Notes under the pieces: generated by a model
Told to the model about the DNA's origin: nothing
The model's database searches: none
The model's input: the letters and a program-made list of their open reading frames with translations, nothing else
Assembly: GCA_017513095.1 (NCBI GenBank)
Contig: JAFWDJ010000011.1
Location: forward strand, 71,297-135,296
DNA: 64,000 nt
Origin: Clostridia bacterium
Lineage (GTDB): Bacteria; Bacillota; Clostridia; Oscillospirales; RGIG577
Direction: 5' to 3'
Made by a program: the position numbers and the translations under genes
Shown here: in pieces, positions 39,091 to 47,454 of the stretch
Position numbering within the stretch: the stretch's first letter is position 1
Layout of the letters: each line of letters begins with the position of its first letter

Positions 39091-39132
39091 GCAAAAAGGA
39101 AGCCCGTAGAAAAAGGACGGGCTTCTTTTGCC
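39090..39132. terminator. Terminator after hicB
   Basis: GGCAAAAAGGAAGCCCGT...ACGGGCTTCTTTTGCC. Confidence 0.75.
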
Positions 39133-39236
39133 TCATTCGCGCGGCGGGGCGTATTAAAGTTACTTTTCAGATAAAATCAAACGAAAGAGCGCCCTGACGG
39201 GAGGCAGCGCTAAAGCGCGTGAATTGCAAGAATTTA

Positions 39237-39265
39237 TTGACACTTCAAGCGGCTTATTGTAAAAT
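39237..39265 (+). promoter_or_regulatory. Sigma-A promoter
   Basis: TTGACA-N17-TAAAAT. Confidence 0.75.
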
Positions 39266-39305
39266 TACAGTCAGAACAAAACCACAATCAGGGAGGGGAA
39301 CAAAT

Positions 39306-39830
39306 ATGAACAGCGAAAGATACGAAATATTAGGTCAGATCGTGGAGGCGGCAAAGATGGTCTGCGCGTCCGAAAAGGTGACGCCGCTCATTCCCGAGGT
39401 AAGAAGCAACATCACGATGTGCACGAGCGACCCGAAGACGCCGCAGGACGTTGCGGGCATTCCCGGAAGGATCACCGTTATAAACGGCCGTCCCGCCGTA
39501 TACGCGTATCCCGACTGGGCCGCGTCCGTAAATACGGCCTACGTGCTCATAATGATGCACTCGTTCGACAGTAACGTGCGCGCCGTTATGGAGATAAGAT
39601 ATTCGCCGAAGCTTATCGAGGCTCTCTCAAAGAACGGCTATACGCTCTATGAGATACCCGACTCAAATTCGTGGGAGAGCACGATGAAGAAGGGCCTTAC
39701 GGCGGGCCATGCCGACCTTCCGATATTCCACTCGAAGGGCGACTGGGCAAGAGAGGGCGCCGTTATCGTTTCCGGCCCCGACGCCGTTACCGTTGCAAAA
39801 AAGGTGCTCGCGATAGCCGAGCTTCTGTAA
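39306..39830 (+). CDS. Stand-alone ThiN (archaeal-type thiamine-phosphate synthase) domain protein
   Basis: LIPEVRSNI...DVAGIPGRI...RAVMEIRY...GDWAREG motifs of the ThiN/ThiP_synth family; GGGAGG RBS; terminator at 39853-39890. Confidence 0.7.
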   Translation: MNSERYEILGQIVEAAKMVCASEKVTPLIPEVRSNITMCTSDPKTPQDVAGIPGRITVINGRPAVYAYPDWAASVNTAYVLIMMHSFDSNVRAVMEIRYSPKLIEALSKNGYTLYEIPDSNSWESTMKKGLTAGHADLPIFHSKGDWAREGAVIVSGPDAVTVAKKVLAIAELL

Positions 39831-39915
39831 AAAGCATCGAAGAATAAAAGTATGGCGCTGTCTCGTTTTTAGATGAGACAGCGCCTTTTTCGTTTGTTTT
39901 TTTCTCCGCGTACAC

Positions 39916-41361
39916 CTACGCGCGCTTTCGCCACGTTGCGGGTGCGAGCGTTAAGAGCACGGGGAATATCTCAAGTCGGCCGAAGAGCATGTCTATCATG
40001 AGGACCGCCTTGGAAAAGCCCGAAAGCAGCGCGTAATTGCCCGACGGTCCCACCTTGCCGAAGCCGGGGCCGATGTTATTTAAGCACGCGACGACGGCCG
40101 TCATGCGCGTTTCGAAATCGAAGCTCTCGACGGACAGAAGAAGCAGCGAGGCAAGCGCGATAACGATATATACCGCAAGGAACGCGCACGTGCCGATGAT
40201 TACGTTGTCCTCTATCACCTTTCCGCCGAGCTTTACAGTGCTTACTGCGCGCGGATGGACGAGGCGGCGTATCTCGCGCTTTAAAATCCTGAAAAGCAGT
40301 ATCACGCGCGCTATCTTAAAGCTGCACGTCGTGGAGCCCGCGCACGCGCCGCAGAACATGAGTATAAGAAGTATCACCTTTGAAAACTCGGGCCACGTCG
40401 TATAATCCGCCGTGGCAAAGCCCGTCGTCGTGAGTATCGCCGCCACCTGAAACGACGCGTACCTTAGCGCCTCGCCCGCGCTTTCGTATACGGACATGAG
40501 GTTTATCGCAACAACGGCTATCGCCGCGATTATTATGCCGACATAGGCGCGAAGCTCCTCGTTTTTGAAAACCGAGCGAACATTGCCGATAAGCAGGAAA
40601 TAAAAGAGATTTAAGTTTATGCCGAAAAGTATCATGAATACGGTTATCACCGTTTCAAAATACGGATTGCCGTACGCGGCAATGCTTGCGTTCTTTACGG
40701 AAAAGCCGCCGGTGCCCGCCGTTGAAAAGGCGTGCGTCACGCTGTCGAAAAGCGGCATTCCGCCGATTAAGAGAAGTACGATCTCGATTACCGTCAGCGC
40801 GATGTATATGGCGTAGATTATCTTCGCCGCGTCCCTCATTTTTGGCACTATCTTATCGACTACGGGGCCCGTAAGCTCCGCGCGCATAAGGTATATCGAG
40901 CGGTTGCCCGCGAGCGGTATTACGGCCATGACGAAGAAGAGCACACCTATGCCGCCTATCCAGTGCGTAAAGCTGCGCCACAGAAGCATGCAGCGCGACA
41001 GTCCCTCGATGTTTTCAAGGATGCTTGCGCCCGTCGTGGTAAAGCCGCTGACCGTCTCGAAAAGTGCATTCTCAAAGCGCGGTATCTCTCCGCTTATATA
41101 AAACGGCAGGCAGCCGATAACGGAGAGCACCACCCACGCGAGCGCGACGATGGCAAAGCCCTCGCGCGCGTATATCACGCGGTTCTCGGGCTTCGTAAAG
41201 GTCAGAACGAAGCCGATGCCCGCCGCTACCGCCGCGGTGATGAAGAACTCGCGCCAGCCGCTCTCGCCGAAATACAGGGCGGAAAGCGCCGGAATTATGA
41301 GCATCGCGGCCTCGGCCAGCAGTATTTGTCCTATTGTGTAAAAAACCATGCGTCGGTTCAT
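39916..41361 (-). CDS. trkH: Trk potassium uptake membrane protein
   Basis: FETVSGFTTTGAS, TGGFS, TTTGF, NNIGPG and GRLE motifs. Confidence 0.95.
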   Translation of the reverse strand: MNRRMVFYTIGQILLAEAAMLIIPALSALYFGESGWREFFITAAVAAGIGFVLTFTKPENRVIYAREGFAIVALAWVVLSVIGCLPFYISGEIPRFENALFETVSGFTTTGASILENIEGLSRCMLLWRSFTHWIGGIGVLFFVMAVIPLAGNRSIYLMRAELTGPVVDKIVPKMRDAAKIIYAIYIALTVIEIVLLLIGGMPLFDSVTHAFSTAGTGGFSVKNASIAAYGNPYFETVITVFMILFGINLNLFYFLLIGNVRSVFKNEELRAYVGIIIAAIAVVAINLMSVYESAGEALRYASFQVAAILTTTGFATADYTTWPEFSKVILLILMFCGACAGSTTCSFKIARVILLFRILKREIRRLVHPRAVSTVKLGGKVIEDNVIIGTCAFLAVYIVIALASLLLLSVESFDFETRMTAVVACLNNIGPGFGKVGPSGNYALLSGFSKAVLMIDMLFGRLEIFPVLLTLAPATWRKRA

Positions 41362-41382
41362 TTCACGTTACCTCAAACGCTT

Positions 41383-42741
41383 TTACTTCAAAATGTCAAG
41401 AAGGTCGTTAAGTCCCGGATTCGTCGTTACCACGACGACGTTGTCGCCCTTCATTATGACGGTGTCGCCGCCGGGTATTATTATCTCGCTGCCGCGCGTT
41501 ATGCACGCTATGAGTATGTTCTCTTTAAGCGAAAGCTTTGAAAGCGGCACGCCCACGATGTCGGGCGACTGAGAGCGCACGGCAAATTCAAGCGCCTCTA
41601 CCCTGCCGCCCGCAATGGAGTAGAGCGTTTCTACGTTCGAGCCTATCGAATTTTGCACCGCGCGCACGTACTGCGCCATCTGATTTGCCGTGATGTCGCG
41701 CGGGGACACGGCGCTTTCAAGCCCCGCCGCCGCAACGAGCCCCGAAAGAGAGGGGCGCGACACCTTCGCTATTACCTTGGGCACGTTTCGGCCCGTCGCG
41801 TACATCGCAATTATTATGTTCTCCTCGTCGGAGCCCGTGAGCGTCACAACGGCGTCGGTGTTGTCAATGCCCTCCTCGAGAAGCACCGACTGGTCCGTCG
41901 CGTCGCCGTTTATTATCATCGCCTTCGGCAGAAGCTCACAAAGCTCCACCGCGCGCGCCTCATTCTGCTCGATTATCTTTACGTCGACGCCGATGGCAAG
42001 AAGCATCTGAGAAAGGTAGAACGATATGCGGCTGCCGCCGATCATCATAACGCTGCCCACCTCGCGCTTGAGCGCGCCGAGCACGCCGAAGAACGCCTCG
42101 AGATTCTTTCTCGACGCCGCGATGCGTATTATATCGCCGCTTCGCAGTATAAAGTCGCCCGAGGGGATGAATACGTCCTCGCCGCGCTGCACTATGCATA
42201 TGAGCACCCTTGCGCCGACTTTTTTCGGAAGATCGCGAAGCTGCAGGCCGCTCAGTACCGAGTTTTCGCGCACCCGAAGTCCCACAAGCTCCGCGCGTCC
42301 GCCCGAGAACGTGTCAATGTCTATCGCCGAGGGAAAGCGAAGCATGCGAAAGAGCTCCCGCGCGGTAACGAGGTCGGGGTTTATGACCATGGAAAGGCCC
42401 AGCTCCTCGCGAATGAGCTGCACCTGGGAGTTGTACTCGGGATTTCTCACGCGCGCTATCGTATACTTCGCGCCGAGCTTCTTTGCGACGAGGCAGCACA
42501 AGAGATTCATCTCGTCGGAATTGGTGCAGGCTATGAGAAGATCGGCCGAGGGCACGCCGGCTTCGTTCTGCGTCGCAACGGTCGCGCCGTTGCCGCATAC
42601 GCCCAATACGTCGAAGCTGTTCGTAATGTCCGTTACGACGCGCCGCGACTTATCGACGAGGGTGACCCTATGATTTTCCTTTGCAAGCTGTTCCAAAAGC
42701 GCGGAGCCTATTTTCCCGCCGCCGACAACTACTATCTTCAC
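41383..42741 (-). CDS. trkA: Trk potassium uptake NAD-binding subunit
   Basis: Two RCK modules (GGGKIG, GGSRI); start at GTG 42741 or ATG 42753. Confidence 0.95.
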   Translation of the reverse strand: MKIVVVGGGKIGSALLEQLAKENHRVTLVDKSRRVVTDITNSFDVLGVCGNGATVATQNEAGVPSADLLIACTNSDEMNLLCCLVAKKLGAKYTIARVRNPEYNSQVQLIREELGLSMVINPDLVTARELFRMLRFPSAIDIDTFSGGRAELVGLRVRENSVLSGLQLRDLPKKVGARVLICIVQRGEDVFIPSGDFILRSGDIIRIAASRKNLEAFFGVLGALKREVGSVMMIGGSRISFYLSQMLLAIGVDVKIIEQNEARAVELCELLPKAMIINGDATDQSVLLEEGIDNTDAVVTLTGSDEENIIIAMYATGRNVPKVIAKVSRPSLSGLVAAAGLESAVSPRDITANQMAQYVRAVQNSIGSNVETLYSIAGGRVEALEFAVRSQSPDIVGVPLSKLSLKENILIACITRGSEIIIPGGDTVIMKGDNVVVVTTNPGLNDLLDILK

Positions 42742-42974
42742 AAGCAACCACATCCCACTAAATTACTATCATAATATTTTACCATTTAATCGCGGCCGTG
42801 ACAAGACGGGCGGAAAAAATTCGCGGATGAGCTGTGCGCTTAACTGAAATAACGGTTGATATGCCTTACACGCGGTATCGTGCGCTTTCTCTCATATATT
42901 GACATTTGTTTGACAATGCTGTATCAAAATAAAAGACGATAAACCGTTTCACTTTTCTGAAAGGAGGGCTTGCA

Positions 42975-43187
42975 ATGTCGATACTTCTCTATTTGCTGAC
43001 GGTAGAGTACGAAGAAGAGCCGGAAAGAGACTGCGAAGAGAAGAAGGCGCTTCTCGAAGCTGAGGAGCGTGCGCGTGACCCTTGGCTGTTCTGCGACGAA
43101 ATCTGTTGCGAATGCGAAAAAGAGACATTCGATTCCTGCGAATATGCCCTCAAAATGACGTACAACCGTTATTCCAACCCGATTTGA
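42975..43187 (+). CDS. Small acidic Cys-rich hypothetical protein (70 aa)
   Basis: AAGGAGG RBS; bidirectional hairpin at 43197-43225. Confidence 0.6.
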   Translation: MSILLYLLTVEYEEEPERDCEEKKALLEAEERARDPWLFCDEICCECEKETFDSCEYALKMTYNRYSNPI

Positions 43188-43238
43188 CGCGCAAAAAACG
43201 GCGGGGGATTTTTCCCTCGCCGTCTTACGGTTATATTA

Positions 43239-43445
43239 TTATTTGCCTGCAAGATTAAATCTCTTATTGAACCTGTCTACGCGGCCGCCGCTGTCAACAA
43301 GCTTCTGCTTACCTGTATAGTAAGGATGGCACTTTGAACATACTTCCACTTTTATCTCGGGCTTAGTGGACATAGTCTCAATAACTTCACCGCATGCGCA
43401 TTTGATAACTGCCTTCCCGTATTTCGGATGGATATCTGCTTTCAT
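43239..43445 (-). CDS. rpmE: 50S ribosomal protein L31 (zinc-binding type)
   Basis: [23 protein letters not shown] and GRVDRF motifs. Confidence 0.97.
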   Translation of the reverse strand: MKADIHPKYGKAVIKCACGEVIETMSTKPEIKVEVCSKCHPYYTGKQKLVDSGGRVDRFNKRFNLAGK

Positions 43446-43580
43446 TTTCAGTTCACCCCATTTCGAATATTAAATCGCTGTCTGATATAATACCACAACA
43501 TTTTGCGAATTGCAATACCAAAACCTACATTTTTTAAAATAAATGCGGCTTTGTATTATACTTTTTTCATAAAAGCCGCC

Positions 43581-43829
43581 TCAGCCGGTGTCTTTAAGCT
43601 CGCCGTACTTGTTTACGTATCTGTCAAGCTCGTCCTCAAGCTCGGCTATCCTCTGCTCGTCCTCTTTGATTTGGTCCTCGAGCTTCTCTATCTGTCTGTC
43701 GATGCTGTTTCGCGATATATACGTATACGACGGCTCAATGTAGAGCTTCACCGACAGAAAGAACGCCGCGAAAAATACCGCAACTACTATTATGACCCAC
43801 ATGATGAAGCGGGCCACGCCCTTTTTCAT
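43581..43829 (-). CDS. Small membrane-anchored coiled-coil protein
   Basis: AGGAGG RBS, one TM helix and heptad-rich C-terminus. Confidence 0.7.
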   Translation of the reverse strand: MKKGVARFIMWVIIVVAVFFAAFFLSVKLYIEPSYTYISRNSIDRQIEKLEDQIKEDEQRIAELEDELDRYVNKYGELKDTG

Positions 43830-43854
43830 TTTGATTTCTCCTCCTTTTTTGCCC

Positions 43855-46800
43855 TTACGCGCCGAAGCTTACAAGCCTGCCCGCGTAAAATCCGTAAACG
43901 TATACCTCGGCGCATTCAAGGCCGAACACCTCGGATACGGCTCTCTTGTATACGTCAAGCTGTCCCTTGTAGCGGCGCCGCAGAACGTCCTCGTCGCTCG
44001 TTTTGTCCGTTTTGAAGTCTATAAGCACCGCCGCGCCGTTTTCATCCTCGAAAAAGCAGTCGATAACGCCCTGCACCATTATATCGGCGCCGCCGGGCTC
44101 CACATCGTAAAAAAGGCTTGCGTCCGACGCCATGAAAAACCGCTTCTCCCGATAGAGGGCGCGCGCGCGTTTCATGCGGGCGAAAATCTCCGTGCCGAAA
44201 AAGCGCATGAGCGCGCCGTAGTCGAGCATTTCTGCCTGACGCGGCGTCATCCTGCCCGCCGCGGCAAAGGCTTCAGCCTGGGCTTTAAGCTCTTTTTCGC
44301 AATTCGTCTTTGAAAAATCGACAAGCTCCATGAAAAGATGCATGGCCGTGCCGCGTTCGGCGGAGCCGTCCGCCTCGCCGTGCTTCCTTTTATAGAATTC
44401 CGGCGTTTTAAGCTCGCCCGCGTGCTTTATGTACATGGGCTGCTCGTACGGCTTTTCGACCTCCATAAGGCGTCCCTTTATCTCCGTCGCGGACAGCTTC
44501 TGGGGCACCGCGGCGTACTGCGCGAAGGGATACTCAAAACAGAGCCTTTCGCGTATGAACGACGTATCGGGGACTTCGCCGTCCGCCGCCTCCTCGCCCG
44601 ACGATGCGAAGGCAGGGCTTACCTCGCCCGCGTCCGACAGAAGCACAAACGAAAGCTCCCCGCCGCACGAGAGCGGCAAAGCTACACGGCTGCCCTCTGT
44701 GATCTCGCCCGCCTCGTATACTTTAAAGCCGCGCAAAAGAAGGTCGAGAAAGCTTTTCGCCTTCGTCGTAAAGTATCCGTTGTCCGCGGCCGAAAGCGTC
44801 CCCAAAAGTCCGGCGCTTTTCGCCGTATATTTGCCCGTGCCGATAAGGATGAGCTTTTCCATAGCCCGCGTCATGGCGACGTAGAGCGTTCGCATTTCCT
44901 CCGAAAAGGCGCGCCGTTCAAGCCGCTCCTTAAGCGCAAGCTTCGCCGCCGTGGGGTAGTAAATAAGCCTTTGGGCATCGAAAAAGTCGCAGCCGAGGCC
45001 GAGCTTTTCTTCAAACAGAACGGGCTCCGACAGATCCGTTGTATTGAACTTTTTGCCGAGACCCGCGACGATGCATACGGGAAATTCAAGGCCCTTCGAC
45101 TTATGTATGCTCATTATCTTTACGGCGTCGGCGCCCTCGTCGACGCTCCCGGACGACTCTATTTCAATATTGTTCTCGATGAGATAATCAATATACAGAA
45201 TAAATCCGAAAAGGCCGCTGTAATGCGACTGCTCGTAGTCGCAGGCTATCTTAAAAAGCGTCTGAAGCTTTTTTACCCTCGACGCGCCGCCGCGAAGACC
45301 CAAAAGCAGCGCCTTTACGGACGTGCTTTCGTAAATATGGTCAAGAAGCTCGGGCGCGGTCATGTCCTTCGACAAAAGCCTTGCTTTTTCGATATATCTT
45401 AACATATGCGCGCACTTTTTGCAACCCGCCCGCGCGTTTGCCCCGACGGCGTCATAAAGCGACATATCCGCGCCGCCGAGACGTATCGTCATTATCTCGT
45501 CGTCCGAGAAGTTGAATATAGGCGAACGCATTACCGCCGCGAGCGGTATGTCGAGCATCGGATTGTCTATTACCCGAAGGATCGACAGTATGAGAAGCAC
45601 ATCGGGGTCCGTAAAGAAGTCGTCCTTGCTTTGTGAGCTTACGGGGATTTGAAGCTCGGCAAACGTTTTCTCGTAGACCGCCGCGTACGGATTTACGGAG
45701 CGAAGCAGCACGGCGAAATCGCCGAAGGATGCCGGACGCGAGGTCTTTGATTTCGTGTCGAATACGGGAAATCCCTCATTGATTTTGGAAAGTATGAGCT
45801 TCGCCGCGAGTCTCGCCTCGCGTTCGGTCGAGCTTAACTCCTCCTCGTCGGCCCCGTCGCCGTCGCCGCCGTCTTTTCCCCCGTCCGCGTCCTTTTTTTC
45901 GGGCTGTATCAGGTAAAATTCCGTCGTATTGTCGGCCTCGGGCGCGTTATAGAGGTCGTTGTGGTATAGAAACTCGGCGCGCGTATATGAAAGCTCGCCC
46001 GCGTAAACGGACATTATCTCTGAGAATACGGCGTTTACGGCGTCTATGACCTGTGCGCGGCTTCTGAAGTTCGTCGAAAGCAGTATGAGCGCGTTTTCCT
46101 TTGCGTCCTGCTCCTTTGAAAATTTGGCGTACTTTTCAAGGAAAATCCTCGGATTTGCCTGCCTGAAGCCGTAAATGCTCTGCTTTACGTCGCCCACCAT
46201 GAAGAGGTTTTTGCCCTCATCGCGCGAAAGCGCCTGAAAAATCAGCTCCTGTATGGTGTTTAAGTCCTGATATTCGTCTATGAATATCTGGCGGTAGCGT
46301 TTTGAGAGCGTTTTTGAAAGCTCCGTCTTTTTTATGGCTCCGTCTTCGTCGCGCTTGCAGAGAAGCGCCACGGCCGTATGCTCGAGATCGTTGAAATCGA
46401 GTATGCCCGCCGCCGTTTTCTCCTCGCCGTAATTCTTCGCAAACGCAAGGATGGCAAGCCTAAGGCCCCTTACCGCGGGCAGCATTCCTCTTATGTCCTC
46501 CGCAAGCGAAGCGCTCCTGTCCGTGAATATCTTATCGCAAAACGGCTTTAAGTCATCTTTCAGCACGTCGCGCACGTCTTTATACCTGTAATGCTTTGCC
46601 TCGTCGTCTTTTTTTCTGTCGATAGCAGGGAACTTCGGGAACTCGGCGCCGCAAAGCAGCTCATACGCCTCGTCCCAGGTAAGACAGCTTTTCGCAAGAG
46701 AACGAAGAAGACCTATCTCCCGCCCGAACGTCTGCGCGTATTTTTCGTCGGCCGAATAGTCGGGCTCAAGATTTTCGTAAACAGAGAGATACGCCTCCGC

Positions 46801-47454
46801 CATAACGCGAAGCTTTATAAGAAGCTCCCGCCCGAAAACACTGTCCGAAAGGTCCGCGTCTTCGCCTATGTCGCAGGCATCCACGGCTCTGTCGAGCGCG
46901 TCTTCATAAAACGGCAGCGCGACGAGCTTTTCGTAAAGCGATAAAAGAAGCCGAGAAAAACGCTTGTCGCTGCTTTTTCTTACGAACATCTCACCCGCGC
47001 AAAGAAAATCCGCGTCGCCCTGTTCAAACAGCTCGTCGAGGGTGCGTGACATTACGCGCGCCTTCATTATGCGCGCCTCGTCGTCGGACGCTATTCTGAA
47101 ATCGGGCGATACGCCCGCTTCGAAGAAGCACGAGCGGATAAGGCGCTTGCAGAAGCTGTGTATCGTGCCTATGTCGGCCGAGTACACCATCGTGAGCTGA
47201 CGGCGGATGTGGCTGTCTTCGGGGCGATTTAAATGCTCATCATAGAGCGCCCTGTATATTTTGTCGCGCATACTTGCCGCCGCCGCGTTAGTGAACGTCG
47301 AGACGAGTATTTCGCTTACGTCGGCGCCGCCCTTTATCATGCTAATGATGCGCTCGACGAGTACGGCAGTCTTGCCGCTGCCCGCCGCCGCCGATACGAG
47401 TATGCCTTCCGCGCGGGCGGTTATCGCGCGCCGTTGTTCTTTAGTCCACTCCAT
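43855..47454 (-). CDS. addA: ATP-dependent helicase/nuclease subunit A
   Basis: AAAGSGKT, DEYQD, VGDVKQSIY and SIHKSKGLEF motifs; C-terminal GVID...DFKT nuclease. Confidence 0.96.
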   Translation of the reverse strand: MEWTKEQRRAITARAEGILVSAAAGSGKTAVLVERIISMIKGGADVSEILVSTFTNAAAASMRDKIYRALYDEHLNRPEDSHIRRQLTMVYSADIGTIHSFCKRLIRSCFFEAGVSPDFRIASDDEARIMKARVMSRTLDELFEQGDADFLCAGEMFVRKSSDKRFSRLLLSLYEKLVALPFYEDALDRAVDACDIGEDADLSDSVFGRELLIKLRVMAEAYLSVYENLEPDYSADEKYAQTFGREIGLLRSLAKSCLTWDEAYELLCGAEFPKFPAIDRKKDDEAKHYRYKDVRDVLKDDLKPFCDKIFTDRSASLAEDIRGMLPAVRGLRLAILAFAKNYGEEKTAAGILDFNDLEHTAVALLCKRDEDGAIKKTELSKTLSKRYRQIFIDEYQDLNTIQELIFQALSRDEGKNLFMVGDVKQSIYGFRQANPRIFLEKYAKFSKEQDAKENALILLSTNFRSRAQVIDAVNAVFSEIMSVYAGELSYTRAEFLYHNDLYNAPEADNTTEFYLIQPEKKDADGGKDGGDGDGADEEELSSTEREARLAAKLILSKINEGFPVFDTKSKTSRPASFGDFAVLLRSVNPYAAVYEKTFAELQIPVSSQSKDDFFTDPDVLLILSILRVIDNPMLDIPLAAVMRSPIFNFSDDEIMTIRLGGADMSLYDAVGANARAGCKKCAHMLRYIEKARLLSKDMTAPELLDHIYESTSVKALLLGLRGGASRVKKLQTLFKIACDYEQSHYSGLFGFILYIDYLIENNIEIESSGSVDEGADAVKIMSIHKSKGLEFPVCIVAGLGKKFNTTDLSEPVLFEEKLGLGCDFFDAQRLIYYPTAAKLALKERLERRAFSEEMRTLYVAMTRAMEKLILIGTGKYTAKSAGLLGTLSAADNGYFTTKAKSFLDLLLRGFKVYEAGEITEGSRVALPLSCGGELSFVLLSDAGEVSPAFASSGEEAADGEVPDTSFIRERLCFEYPFAQYAAVPQKLSATEIKGRLMEVEKPYEQPMYIKHAGELKTPEFYKRKHGEADGSAERGTAMHLFMELVDFSKTNCEKELKAQAEAFAAAGRMTPRQAEMLDYGALMRFFGTEIFARMKRARALYREKRFFMASDASLFYDVEPGGADIMVQGVIDCFFEDENGAAVLIDFKTDKTSDEDVLRRRYKGQLDVYKRAVSEVFGLECAEVYVYGFYAGRLVSFGA

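Noticed and set aside
42754-42974. c-di-AMP riboswitch upstream of trkAH
   Set aside because: No recognisable ydaO consensus.
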